From NCBI GenBank assembly GCA_038087875.1, contig JAXLNO010000324.1:62001-126000 (forward strand): a stretch of 64,000 bases of DNA. The letters run 5' to 3'. The DNA comes from Malacoraja senta. Lineage: Eukaryota. The notes beneath the pieces are model-generated. The model was not told the origin of the DNA. It was given only the letters and a program-made list of their open reading frames with translations, and ran no database searches. A program made the position numbers and the translations under genes. Shown here piece by piece: positions 1 to 12,994 of this stretch; the first letter of the stretch is position 1, and every line of letters begins with the position of its first letter.

Positions 1-325
1 TGTCCCCCATGTTGGGGGAGTCCAGAAGCAGAGGTCACAGTCTAAGAATAAGGGGTAGGCCATTTAGGACTGAGATGAGGAAAAACTTTTTCAGCCAGAG
101 AGTTGTGAATCTGTGGAATTCTCAGCCACAGAAGGCAGTGGAGGCCAATTCACTGGATGTATTCAAGAGAGAGTTAGATATAGCTCTTAGGGTTAAAGGA
201 ATCAAGGGATATGGGGAGAAAGCAAGAACAGGGTACTGATTCTGGATGATCAGCCATGATCATATTGATTGGCGGTGCTGACTCGAAGGGCCGAATGACC
301 TACTCCTGCACCTATTTTCTATGCA
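1..325 (+). mobile_element. CR1-clade LINE 3' end (ORF2 C-terminus and 3' UTR), cut by window edge
   Basis: ORF 9-239 gives SRGHSLRIRG..RKNFFSQRVVNLWNS, the typical CR1 ORF2 C-terminus; 3' UTR GATCAGCCATGATCATATTGA...CCTACTCCTGCACCTATTTTCTATG is shared with other copies here. Confidence 0.92.
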
Positions 326-3300
326 TCTACGTTACGTAGATACGGTTGCGGTAGGAGGGCATGAAGCTAAGTGGTCGAATCATATCTCTGGAATTAGAAG
401 AGTCATTTGGGCTTTGGAGACCATAGTCCAAATCACTCACTGCTTGCTTGAGGCATGGGTGACTTGTTTCTTTTGTTTGTTCTCTTCTATTATGGCTGAT
501 ATATTTTTGGAAAGATGTATATGTGCATTTCCTACCCTAATACCCTCAGGAGGTTGCAAAGTAAAATAATAGTCATTGCTTGGTCCAATTTAACATGAAG
601 GATCTTTCCAATGGAAACAACAAAATAATACAAACGTGAGACAGAAAAGGCTAGAAATTGCGTTACCATACTTCAGTGAAATTAAAATAATATGGCAGAA
701 TAGCTGAACAGACTTTGTGAAAATTACGTAAGGAGTGCAATGTTGAAGAATGCAATTAGCTAATAAATGCTGTTAGATTTACCTGTGTAATACTGTGCAG
801 AAAGCGATGATGTTATTTTCCGCCTCATGTTTCGATTGATGTATTGCATGTTCTTATGGCTGTTGTCATTTAACCTCTCGGGTTCAATCTTTTCAGCCAG
901 TTCTTAAAAAGACATACTGCATCATAAGCGACACTTTTCCAGCTACTGTTGCTACTGCATGAGTCGGAGGTGAGATGTAGGAAGTTGAGTACTCCTGAGG
1001 GCCAGGGTAACCAGGACAAACCCATGAAGATCAGTGCCCGAAAGAAAGTATGTTGTTTGTTCAGTCAATGTTATAACAATTCACCAGAGCAACAGCCAAG
1101 TGATCCTGGAAGACTATTGATGGCGAGGTCTCTGTAAGGACATGAGTGTAGTCTCTGATGTATACACTTTGTGGAAGCCTGAAATGATAACAAATGCCAA
1201 TGACTGTTCTCCTTGCTCAAGTGAGAGAAGGATTCACAGATGAAGTCTCCTCTCCTGGAGTAGGGAGTTTGAATGACCTCCTTAATACAGCATTGGGAAG
1301 AAAACTGTGAGAAGTCGTAGAGATCAGTGACAGGAGACTGAAATAGTCCAGAGGCTCAGAAATAGAATGTGACTGTGACAGCAAAGCAGTCCAAGAACAC
1401 ATGCGTGAGGCAGAGTTTGTGGCGGTTGGAGATCAGAGACAATCAACATATTTTGAGTGTTGGTCCTTCAAATATTGTGGTTTCAAGGAAACAAGGATCG
1501 TAAAAACACTTTGTCTGTGAGCAAACGATAATTGAAGACTTTTAGATGAGCAAAGTTAGAAATCTTACTATGGACAATTTTAGCATTTTGCCCCATTACA
1601 TTTTGGGGGATTTTATATCAGAAAAGAATAACTGAGGAAATGAAATTCTCAGCAAAAAAGTCGGAGGCTGGGTTTCCTGACTGGCACTATGTCACCCAGA
1701 AACATGTGCAGCATTGTTTTGCTGCATGTTAAACCAACTTCAACTGCACTTTCTTTGGATTTGCATGAACGATCACGATATTATCCATCAACATGATAGG
1801 ATGATTGCTCCTATAGTGGCATCATATCTGACTACAGTAACTGGGGTGGAAATGAACAAAATGTTTGGGATTCATTGATAAGATAGCTGATCTCAGATAG
1901 GCTGCTGTTGGACCAGGTAAAACATTTCTCCAGTGTCCTGATCATTAGAGCTGTTCCGTGTCTTTTATTGGGAACCACAAGCACTCGGTCCTCAAGTATC
2001 AAGCCAGAAATAAACCAGGATATCCTCATTCAATGTGCAGCCAGTAAGTACACACTGTCTGGACTAAAAAATGAATAATGGCTACCTGGGCAAAATATTG
2101 GAGGACAATGGTTCCCACGGAGCTACTTTTCAAGAAGTGTTGAGACTCGCGTGAGGAGAGGAAAGAAAATTGGACAAGTAAAGAATAGCTGAAAGCAGCA
2201 TCCAAATCACAGTTCAATAACTGGCAGTGAAATGGAATAATTATCCTTTACTCAAGTGCTAAATAGTTGTGCAAAAGCAAATCACAGCACACATGCAAAG
2301 GCAATGCTGCAGAACTAGGGAGATCAGCATATGTTTGAGATCCAATAAACCTCCCAAAGCACTGGCCATCTCTGAACACAGTTCCCTGCCAACTGCCCGT
2401 ATCCCACCTCCAGCCAATGCTCAGCCTTTGACTGGATGGAATTAACATTATCCATCTGCTCATGAGATACCATTGGTACGTGCAGCCTTTTTACAGCTGA
2501 GCTGTTATTCCAGTGAACTGAAAAGCATTTCCCAAAGGGACGGTAAATGTCAAATGATGGCTGACAGTCTCATCAAAGCTCCCACAGTTGAAGTCAATGA
2601 CACAAAACAGATCTCCTTCTGAAATTGGTGGTGGAGGAGTTATATATTCCATCACTGCAGGCGAGCTAGCAGTGGGGATTTGGTAAATCCCCTCCTCCCT
2701 TAATAGCTAACACTGTGTCATCACAGACTACTGTGCTGGCTGGCAATGGTGTGAATGGAAAGGTATAATGCCCTGGGGTTCAAGCTGACAGCATCTGTAG
2801 TTTGGGGATTCGCGGCACACTGCTCTGTTTGGAGAAGGAATTCTGCGCAGAAACTGCATGGCCGCTGCACAGTGACTTCCTGCAACATCTGCACAATACA
2901 CTAATACAGGGCATTCTGGAGTAAATACATCTGTTGAAGTGACTCAGTAAGAGGATTGTTATGATGTTGTTGAGGTTTCCGTGCAGCTGGAATCATTAGA
3001 ATTGGTGCAGCTCATAAAAATGCAATGTGTGCAATCTGTCTACTATTTGAGTTTAATTAGACAGAGTGCTATGACCGCACAAAGTCAGGTATGTTATGAG
3101 CAGAACCCAGGTGCTTCCCAATGTGGAGCTTGGGAAATGGATGTTGGTGAGGAGGGGTGTGGGGGGGGGTGTAACAGGGGGGGGGGTGTAACAGGGGGGG
3201 GGTCAGCAGAAAGAATCCTCCTTACACTTCTAAAAACAGACAGGTGTAGCAGCAACCGGTCTGAATATGTGTCTTGGATTATCTTTCAGTGAGCATAAAC

Positions 3301-3954
3301 AGGCTAACTGAAATATCAATGGCAGGTAAGTATTTTTCTTCCTATCTATCCATCTCGATCATGCTGGACTCATTGTCCATCAGCACGTCTTCTTTCGATG
3401 TCAAGGACTCAATGATTGCCTCTCCATATCCCAGTATGTTTCATGAGCTGTCTAGATCTCAGGAGGTGGATCTTGAGCACCCCAGCTCCCCCCCACCCCC
3501 ACCCCCCAGACACCTGTTGAACAATTTTCCATTAAGAGACTTTAAAAACAACTCAAATGGACTTGAGTTATAAAAACAATGATTAATATAATAAGGTTAA
3601 TTAAAAGCAATATAAAATGCTGAAATGTAATTAGAAACATTAAAAGAAAGCAGTCAAATCATTCAAACACCCACGTACTTCCATAGGATTATTCACTCCA
3701 TTCAAATGCCTTGGCCGCTGCCTGTTTTCCAGTCAACCCTGGTGTAAAGTTGAAAGGGTAGAACAGAAACATATCTGGCCCCACTCTCCAGAATGCCAAT
3801 GTCTGTCACTGGACTCAATGTGAAGCTGAATGTGTTTTCCGATGACCTCCAGGTTCTTTCTCATTCCCGTGTTTGGTCCAGAAACAAACAGAGCCACAAA
3901 CAGCTGGAAACTGGCAATTCTAACTGGCAGTGGTTCAGGCCATTAAATACAAGC

Positions 3955-4965
3955 CCCCTTTACAGCTATTTACAATTTATATTAATGAACTGGATGAGGG
4001 AATTGAAGGCAACATCTCCAAGTTTGCGGATGACACTAAGCTGGGGGGCAGTGTTAGCTGTGAGGAGGATGCTAGGAGACTGCAAGGTGACTGGGATAGG
4101 CTGGGTGAATGGGCAAATGTTTGGCAGATGCAGTATAATGTGGATAAATGTGAGGTTATCCACTTTGGTGGCAAAAACAGGAAAGCAGACTATTATCTAA
4201 ATGGTGGCCGATTAGGAAAAGGAGAGATGCAGCGAGACCTGGGTGTCATGGTACACCAGTCATTGAAAGTAGGCATGCAGGTGCAGCAGACAGTGAAGAA
4301 AGCGAATGGTATGTTAGCTTTCATAGCAAAAGGATTTGAGTATAGGAGCAGGGAGGTTCTACTGTAGTTGTACAGGGTCTTGGTGAGACCACACCTGGAG
4401 TATTGCATACAGTTTTGGTCTCCAAATCTGAGGAAGGACATTATAGCCATAGAGGGAGTGCAGAGAAGGTTCACCAGACTGATTCCTGGGATGTCAGGAC
4501 TTTCATATGAAGAAAGACTGGATAGACTCGGCTTATACTCGCTAGAATTTAGGAGATTGAGAGGGGATCTTATAGAAACTTACAAAATTCTTATGGGGTT
4601 GGACAGGCTAGATGCAGGAAGATTGTGCCCGATGTTGGGGAAGTCCAGGACAAGGGGTCACAGCTTAAGGATAAGGGGGAAATCCTTTAAGACCGAGATG
4701 AGAAAAAACTTTTTCACACAGAGAGTGGTGAATCTCTGGAACTCTCTGCCACAGAGGGTAGTTGAGGCCAGTTCATTGGCTATATGTAAGAGGGAGTTAG
4801 ATGTGGCCCTTGTGGCTAAAGGGATCAGGGGGTATGGAGAGAAGGCAGGTACAGGATACTGAGTTGGATGATCAGCCATGATCATATTGAATGGCGGTGC
4901 AGGCTCGAAGGGCCGAATGGCCTACTCCTGCACCTATTTTCTATGTATCTATGTATCTATGTATC
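3955..4965 (+). mobile_element. 5'-truncated CR1 LINE (RT C-terminal half and 3' UTR)
   Basis: KFADDTKL, RPHLEYCIQFWSP and RGHSLRI motifs; ORFs 3930-4367 and 4368-4862 are in one frame, split by a single TAG at 4365-4367; ends in a (TATGTATC)n tail. Confidence 0.95.
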
Positions 4966-6152
4966 CCACTTCATATTGCTGTTTACAGAGCCTCTGGGAT
5001 TTAGAGTTGGAATGAAGTTCTGAACTTCCCTGTTCCATAGCAGTATTTACTTCTTGTGCATATGAGGTTGCTCTCTTGGTTTAACACAGGTGGTTCAATA
5101 TCATTGGTGCAACATGTAATTTAATGGATAGGAAAGATTTAGTGGAATATGGTCCAAATGTGGGACCAATTTGGGGCATCTTGGCTGGTATGTGCAAATT
5201 GGACTGAAGGGTCTGTTTCCATGCTGAATGACTGTAGTTTAGTGGATTGGTTTTTAAGATGGCAAAGGGAGACAACAACCGGTTGATTTGGTGAAGAGCA
5301 CTGATACAGAATCACAAATAGGATGTTCAAACCATTTCCAAAACTTCCTGGATCCCTCAACAGTTTTTAACTATCTAGGAACATCACCATCAGGAAACTG
5401 ATTGAGAACCGTGTGTTGTCATAAGGGAAAGTTAGAATAAAACATGTTGAAACATATGTATCTGCCATCTGGTGCTCATTTTATTTTTCAAACTAAGCTG
5501 TATCAAAATAAGACAGTTGTAAGCCAATGTTAGTGACACTTGACAGGTATGTCTTTAAACCTGTAAGTCTTCCAAAATTTGAATAATGCTCTGGTTTCTG
5601 AGATGCACCAAACCACAAACTCTTACTGCTGGCTGTGATCCAAGATAAAGCTCTTCTCTCCAACTGTTGTCTAGGATTGTTACATCAATGACCACTACCC
5701 CTCTGATCTCTCTCCCATTTTCAAAATGAGCCACCCGACAGACTCCTTCCTCAGTCATTTTCTGGTTATCAACTCCATCGTTTGGTCTTTTACATTAATG
5801 ACCACAGAGTCGCTGTTCGTTCACTCAATGATCAAAATGTGCCGCCATACAGAGTTCTCAGGGTAGAAATTGAGATTTTTTTGCATAGTTCTCTTCAGTC
5901 TAATTTGTTACCAGACAATAACAATAAAAAAATCTTCAACTATTTGTCTTTTTTTCCTCTGTCTTTAAATTTACTAGCTTTTAAGAGAATGAGGCTCACT
6001 GAAGATAGAACACCACATTCAAGCCTGTGTTTCTCATCAGTAAATGTTTGCTTCATTTACTGTTTTTTTGTGTTAACCACTGAAATATTTCCTCCAAGTT
6101 ACATTTGTCCTTCTTCGTTTGCTTATTGTTTTGGTTTGATGATCCTATAATT

Positions 6153-6990
6153 GAGAGTCATAGAACCATACGGCATGGAAATAGGCCCCTCGGCCCAACT
6201 CGTCATTGCAGACCAAGAGGCCCCATCTAAACTAGTTCTATTTGCCCAAGTTTGGCCCATATCCCTCTAAACCTTTCCTATCCATATAAGTGTCCAGATG
6301 TCTTTTAAATGCTGTTTAATGCTGTACCTCCCTCAAGTATCTCCTCTGTACTCATTCAATATACTTAATTACCTATGAGTGAAAAGGTTGCCACTCAGGT
6401 TTTCTTCAAATCTTTTCTATCTCATCCTAAACCCATCTCCCCTGGTTCTTAATCCCCCAACGCTGGGTAAAATATTTTCTGCATTCATCAGTCCCCCTCA
6501 TGATTTTATACACTTCTATAAGATCATCCCTCAGCCTCCTGCGCTCCAAGGAATAAAGTCCTAGTTTGTCCAACCTCTCCCTGTGGCTCGGGTCTGGGCA
6601 CCATTCTCATAAATCTTCTCTGCACCATTTCCAGCTTAACAGCAGGATGATCAAAACTGAACACAATACTACAAATATGGCTCACAAACATCTTGTATAA
6701 CTGTAACATAACTTCCCAACTCCTATGCTCAATGATGATGGCCAATGTTTAAAAAAAACTATGTATCTGTGACACCACTTTCAGTGATCTATGAAACTGT
6801 ATTCCTCTGCTCTTTAACACTCTCCACGTCCCTACCATTCACTGTAAAGGTTCTGCCCTTGTTTGACTTCCCAAAATGCTACACCTGACACCTATCTGCG
6901 TTAAACTCTATCAGCCATTCCTCAGCCCACTTTGACCAGCTGATCAAGAACCTGCTGTAAATTTTGATAGCCATCTTCACTGTCTGCAAT
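6153..6990 (-). mobile_element. Old degraded CR1 LINE 3' fragment
   Basis: Minus ORF 6524-6745 (IEHRSWEVMLQLYKMFV..VQRRFMRMVP) resembles CR1 RT; reverse-complement CR1 tail (CATGGAAATAGGCCCCTCGGCCCAAC) near 6175. Confidence 0.85.
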
Positions 6991-8520
6991 ACCGTCTACT
7001 TTGTTTCACAAGATGGAGTAGCTTTAAAATTAAGTAAAGCATGTGCCCTATCCTCCCTCACCTCGACCCCACTTCTCACAACAATTTTATTTGATCATTC
7101 CAAATGTATGACCACTCTAAAGAGGCTGATATGGGATTATGATTTTCACCATAATTTAAATTCCTGAATCACTTCTGTTGCTTCCTTTATACTCCCCCAA
7201 AAGCACTAAAATGGTTGCTATGGTTTTGTGTCTGGATGCACATGATAGGAGGCGGTGGGAATTGAGGGGAGGCGAGTACCAGAGGAGGCTGAAGGGGGGA
7301 AACGCAGAGAGAGGAAAGAGATGGGATGAGGTTATGGGGAGTGCGAGTGTGATGATGGATGAGGGAAAGTAAGCACAGACAGAATAGGATCGTGGTAGAG
7401 CAAGGTTCAGAGTGTAGTGGAAGATGATTTACACATTGTAGAATACTGCAGTGTCAATAAATTGTATAGCCATTTCTCACTGGGATCTGAATCTGTTGGA
7501 AACATCATTAAAACATCGAGAGAATTGCAGGATGACCAGGAAACATTAGGCAGGAATAAAGACAAGTCTCAAATGCATGTTAAGAAATGCAACTGGCAAT
7601 TCTGCACCATTTGAAATTCTCTACCCCACTACAGTTCTTTAAAGGGTTAAGGAACGGTTAAAGGGTTATAACGCTGGGCCAGAAGAGAAAGACAAGCATT
7701 GATATTTTAATCTGATATATTACAACTGTAATCTGCATTTTCATTCACTGCCTGCATCTCATTATATCTGTAATGCTTACTATGTGGTCTCCTTTAATTA
7801 AATCGAACTGTGACTTTTTTATTGCAGTGACGTGCAGTTTAAAATTTCCCAGGAGTACTTGTAAAAATATACAATAATCTGTTTTAGTGTTTGCACTAAA
7901 TTGGACCTCCCTTACATAGCCTACCCCCACCCACCTCTTCCCCAACCCAGCCCTCAGTTTCTTTGTGTTAGAAGAAAATCCTATTGAAATGACTTTCAAG
8001 CTCTCAACTGTTTCAGTGAAGACCCTGATTAGAATGACTGACAACATAACAGTCTAAAGTCCGGTTGTAATGCGTTTCTCCACTCTGAAGTATTCTTAAG
8101 AGATTTCCAAAGCATTAGACTAATGCTTTATGTGGTTATGCCAACGTAATGACCAATGGAACGCTGGCCAGCGATGAACACCAATCACTAACTCCATCAA
8201 AATTGTGATGGGGAATTGAAATTAATAGTGCTCTTTGTAACTGTTGGACAAACCTCAATGTAATTGTGAAGCTGGATTGAGAATCAACCTCTTGGCTTCC
8301 ACGTCTGGGACTCAAGTTGCAATCCAGCCTATCCAGCTGGAATAACGACTTCTCTCATAGGTGCCGATAATGTTCAGAGTCTGGAAAGGTCACAGGCTTA
8401 ATTATAATGACTGCATGCCAATGCTAAAATAATTGCCCTATGTACCAAACTAACCATCTTACTCAGAGTTTGTTGTGGGGAATTGTGTAATTGTGTAATA
8501 AATTGTCATTGTGTAATAAG

Positions 8521-9064
8521 GGAAAAGAAGAGGAGGGCAAAGGAAAAGAAGAGGAGGGCAATAGTAATAGGGGACTCTATGGTTAGAGGGTCGGACAGGC
8601 GATTCTGTGGATGCAGTCAGGAGACCCGGATGGTAGTTTGCCTCCCTGGTGCCAGGGTCAGGGATGTGTCTGAACGCGTCCAAGATATCCTGAAATCGGA
8701 GGGAGAGGAGCCTGAGGTTGTGGTACATATAGGTACCAATGAAATAGGCAGAAAAAGAGAAGAGGTCCTGAAAGGAGAATTTAGGGAATTGGGAGGAGAG
8801 TTAAGGAGAAGGACCGCAAAGGTAACAATCTCAGGATTACTACCTGTGCCACGCGACAGTGAGAGTAGGAATGGAATGAGGTGGAGGATAAATGCGTGGC
8901 TGAGGAACTGGTGCAGTGGGCAGGGATTCAAATTTCTGGATCATTGGGACCTCTTTTGGGGAAGGTGTGACCTGTACAGAAAGGACGGGTTGCATTTGAA
9001 CCTGAGGGGGACCAATATCCTGGCGGGGAGATTTGCAAAGGCTACTGGGGAGACTTTAAACTAG
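8521..9064 (+). CDS. CR1 ORF1 C-terminal SGNH/GDSL esterase domain (5'-truncated)
   Basis: IVIGDSMVRG (block I), CLPGARV, VHIGTNE (block III) and DGLHLN (block V) motifs, known from CR1/L2 ORF1 esterases. The first residues of track ORF 8483 are flanking DNA. Confidence 0.9.
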
Positions 9065-9065
9065 A

Positions 9066-12013
9066 ACGGTTGGGGGGGGGACTCAAATAGAGAAAGCTAG
9101 TGGAAAATGTGGGAGGCAGGAGGCAGAGAAGGGAAGCACTTGGACCCAAAATGTAGGGGAGAAAGAAGAAAAAGATAATAAACAGAGATTAAGTGGTGGT
9201 GGGTTTCTTAAATGTGTATATTTTAATGCTAGGAGCATTGTAAGAAAGGTGGATGAGCTTAGAGCCTGGATTGACACCTGGAAGTATGATGTTGTGGCGA
9301 TCAGTGAAACATGGTTGCAGGAGGGCTGTGATTGGAAACTAAATATTCCAGGATTTTGTTGCTTCAGGGGTGATAGAATTGGAGGGGCAAGAGGTGGGGG
9401 TGTTGCATTGCTTGTCAAGGAAGATATTACAGCAGTGCTTTGGCAGGATAGATTAGAGGGCTCGTCTAGGGAGGCTATTTGGGTGGAACTGAGAAATGGG
9501 AAAGGTGTAGTAACACTTATAGGGGTGTATTATAGACTGCCAAATGGGGAGCGAAAATTGGAAGAGCAAATATGTAAGGAGATAGCAGATATTAGTAGTA
9601 AGCACAAGGTAGTGATTGTGGGAGATTTCAATTTTCCACACATAGACTGGGAAACACATTCTGTAAAAGGGCTGGATGGTTTGGAGTTTGTAAAATGTGT
9701 GCAGGATAGTTTTTGCAGCAATACATAGAGGTACCTACTAGAGAAGGGGCAGTGCTGGACCTCCTGTTAGGAAATGAGACAGGGCAGGTGGCGGAGGTAT
9801 GCGTCGGGGAGCACTTCGGGTCCAATGATCACAATACCATTAGTTTCAATATAATTATGGAGAGGGTCAGAACTGGACCTAGGGTTAATATTTTTGATTG
9901 GAGAAAGGTTAACTTTGAGGAGATGCGAAAGGATTTAAAAGGAGTGAATTGGGACATGTTGTTTTATGGGAAGGAAGTAGAAGAGAAATGGAGGACATTT
10001 AAGGGTGAAATTTTAAGAGAACAGAATCTTTATGTCCCTGTTTGGTTGAAAGGAAATAGTAAAAATTGGAAAGAGCCATGGTTTTCAAGGGAAATTGGAC
10101 ACTTGGTTCGGAAAAAGAGAGAGATCTACAATAACTATAGGCAGCATGGAGTAAATGAGGTGCTTGAGGAGTATAAAGAATGTAAAAAGAATATTAAGAA
10201 AGAAATTAGAAAAGCTAAAAGAAGATATGAGGTTGCTTTGGCAAGTAAGATGAAAGTAAATCCAAAGGGTTTCTACAGCTATATTAATAGCAAAAGGATA
10301 ACAAGGAATAAAATTGGTCCATTAGAGAGTCAGAGTGGACAGCTATCTGCAGAGCCAAAAGAGATGGGGGAGATATTGAACAATTTCTTTTCTTCAGTAT
10401 TCACCAAGGAGAAGGATATGGAATTATGTGAGGTAAGGGAAACAAGCAGAGTAGCAATGGAAACTATGAGATTCAAAGAAGAGGAGGTGCGGACACTTTT
10501 GAAAAATATGAAAACGGATAAGTCTCCAGGTCCTGACAGGATATTCCCTAGGACATTGAGGGAAGTTAGTGTAGAAATAGCAGGGGCTATGACAGAAATA
10601 TTTCAAATGTCATTAGAAACGGGAATAGTGCCGGAGGATTGGCGTACTGCGCATGTTGTTCCGTTGTTTAAAAAGCGTTCTAAGAGTAAACCTAGCAATT
10701 ATAGACCTGTTAGTTTGACGTCAGTGGTGGGCAAATTAATGGAAAGGATACTTAAAGATAATATATATAAGCATCTGGATAAGCAGGGTCTGATTAGGAA
10801 CAGTCAACATGGATTTGTGCCTGGAAGGTCATGTTTGACTAATCTTCTTGAATTTTTCGAAGAGATTACTAGGGAAATTGATGAGGGTAAAGCAGTGGAT
10901 GTTGTCTATATGGACTTCAGTAAGGCCTTTGACAAGGTTCCTCATGGAAGGTTGGTTAAGAAGATTCAATTGTTGGGTATTAATGGTGGAGTAGCAAGAT
11001 GGAATCAACAGTGGCTGAATGGGAGATGCCAGAGAGTAATGGTGGATGGCTGTTTGTCAGGTTGGAGGCCGGTGACTAGTGGGGTGCCTCAGGGGTCTGT
11101 GTTGGGTCCACTGTTGTTTGTCATGTACATCAATGATCTGGATGATGGTGTGGAAAATTGGATTAGTAAGTATGCAGATGATACTAAGATAGGTGGTGTT
11201 GTGGATAATGAAGTAGATTTTCAAAGTCTACAGAGAGATTTAGGCCATTTGGAAGAGTGGGCTGAAAGATGGCAGATGGAGTTTAATGCTGATAAATGTG
11301 AGGTGCTACATCTCGGCAGGACAAATCAAAATAGGACGTACATGATAAATGGTAGCGAATTGAGGAATGCAGTTGAACAGAGGGATCTAGGAATAACTGT
11401 GCATAGTTCCCTGAAGGTGGAATCTCATGTAGATAGGGTGGTAAAGAAAGCTTTTGGTGTGCTGGCCTTTATAAATCAGAGCATTGAATATAGAAGTTGG
11501 GATGTAATGTTAAAATTGTACAAGGCATTGGTGAGGCCAATTCTGGAGTATGGAGTACAATTTTGGTCGCCTAATTATAGGAAGGATGTCAACAAAATAG
11601 AGAGAGTACAGAGGAGATTTACCAGAATGTTGCCTGGGTTTCAGCAACTAAGTTACAGAGAAAGGTTGAACAAGTTAGGTCTTTATTATTTGGAGCGCAG
11701 AAGGTTAAGAGGGGACTTGATAGAGGTCTTTAAAATTATGAGCGGGTTAGACAGAGTGGACGTGGATAAGCTTTTCCCATTGAGAGTAGGGAAGATTCAA
11801 ACAAGGGGACATGACTTGAGAATGAAGGGACAGAAGTTTAGGGGTAACATTAGGGGGAACTTCTTTACTCAGAGAGTGGTAGCTGTGTGGAATGAGCTTC
11901 TAGTGGAAGTGGTGGAGGCAGGTTCGATTTTATCCTTTAAAAATAGATTGGATGGGTATATGGACGGGAAAGGAATGGAGGGTTATGGTCTGAGTGCAGG
12001 TAGATGGGACTAG
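9066..12013 (+). pseudogene. CR1 ORF2 (AP endonuclease and reverse transcriptase), one frameshift
   Basis: APE motifs FNARS, ISETW, GDFN, LDL, NDH; RT motifs YRPVSLTS, QHGF, DFSKAFDKV, GVPQGSVLGP, YADD. The frame is open from 9060 with ACG at 9066 (likely a mutated ATG); adding one T to the run at ~9710-9714 restores DSFLQQY and gives ~983 codons. Confidence 0.93.
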
Positions 12014-12375
12014 GGGGAAGTAAAAAAATATATAATAATAAAAATAAAAAAATAAAGAAAAAAAAAGTGTTCGGCACGGACTTGAAGGGCCGAGATGGCC
12101 TGTTTCCGTGCTGTTATGGTTATATGGTTATATAAGGGGTTGCTCTGTTAATCTGTAATGATGAAATTTAATCCAGAATCTTTTTTCCACTACAGGAACT
12201 TCTCCAAAAATAAATTAGACATAGTTTCCATTCAGTTCTCCTCTCGATCAGTCTCGGTCCATTGGGGAGCATTCCCACCTGTTGGTCCAAAGATTATGAA
12301 TGCAAGTTACACTGGTGATATCAATACATAGCTCAGGAGATCGATCAAAGATCTCCTAAATCAATCCCACAATCT

Positions 12376-12994
12376 TTTTTATTTTTTTATTTTTTTTAAT
12401 TTTATTAGAAGTATTGTACATTACAGTAATCTGCAATAACGTAAGTTTATACTTTTCTTGTACCACTTCTTATTTTAAACTTTAATAAGAGAAAAGGATA
12501 GAAAGAGTTAGTAAAGCTAGTAAGTGAGTGATTGAAAGAGTGGTCCAGGAACACCCATATGGACCTAAACCACAAGAAATAGTTTTTTTTTTAAATTAAA
12601 AAAAAGAGAAAAACCAAAAGGAGGAAAAAGAAAAAAGAAAACATAAGATAAGATAGGACAATATGAAAGGGATGCACCTACTTCATATCTTTACTCAGCC
12701 CTCGCCAGGTCCTGAAACCATTTATTATCAACATTTTGTTGCACCCTATGTTTGTAATAAGTCGATAAATGGAGACCAAATCTTTTGGAATTGGTCTGGT
12801 TTACCTGCTAAGAGGAATCTCATATCTTCTAGGTGTAACAATTCCGACATATTAGAAGTCCACATTTTTGTCGTTGGCGTAGGAGCATTTTTCCAAAATT
12901 TCAGTATAAGTTTTTTTGCCGTTATTAAGCCATAATTAAGAAAACTCCTTTGAAACGAAGTCAGCTCCTAACTTGCTTCTATTGTTCCAAAAAT
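12376..12994 (-). mobile_element. 5'-truncated L1/Tx1-clade LINE with poly(A) tail and 17-bp TSD
   Basis: TSD AATCAATCCCACAATCT at 12359-12375 and 12995-13011; poly(T) on + strand from 12376; minus translation LITAKKLILKFWKNAPTPTTKMWTSNMSELLHLEDMRFLLAGKPDQFQKIWSPF resembles the fish L1 ORF2 C-terminus. Confidence 0.9.

Larger units (their letters stand above)
8521..12133 (+). mobile_element. Young, near-intact 5'-truncated CR1 LINE (3' part of ORF1, ORF2, 3' UTR)
   Basis: Esterase ORF1, then APE-RT ORF2, then 3' UTR GGGCCGAGATGGCCTGTTTCCGTGCTG and a (GGTTATAT)n tail; possible 7-bp TSD ATAAGGG at 8516-8522 and 12132-12138. Confidence 0.96.

Noticed and set aside
3150..3203. G-run repeat (GGGGGGGGGTGTAACA) with G-quadruplex potential
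   Set aside because: Simple low-complexity duplication; no evidence of function.
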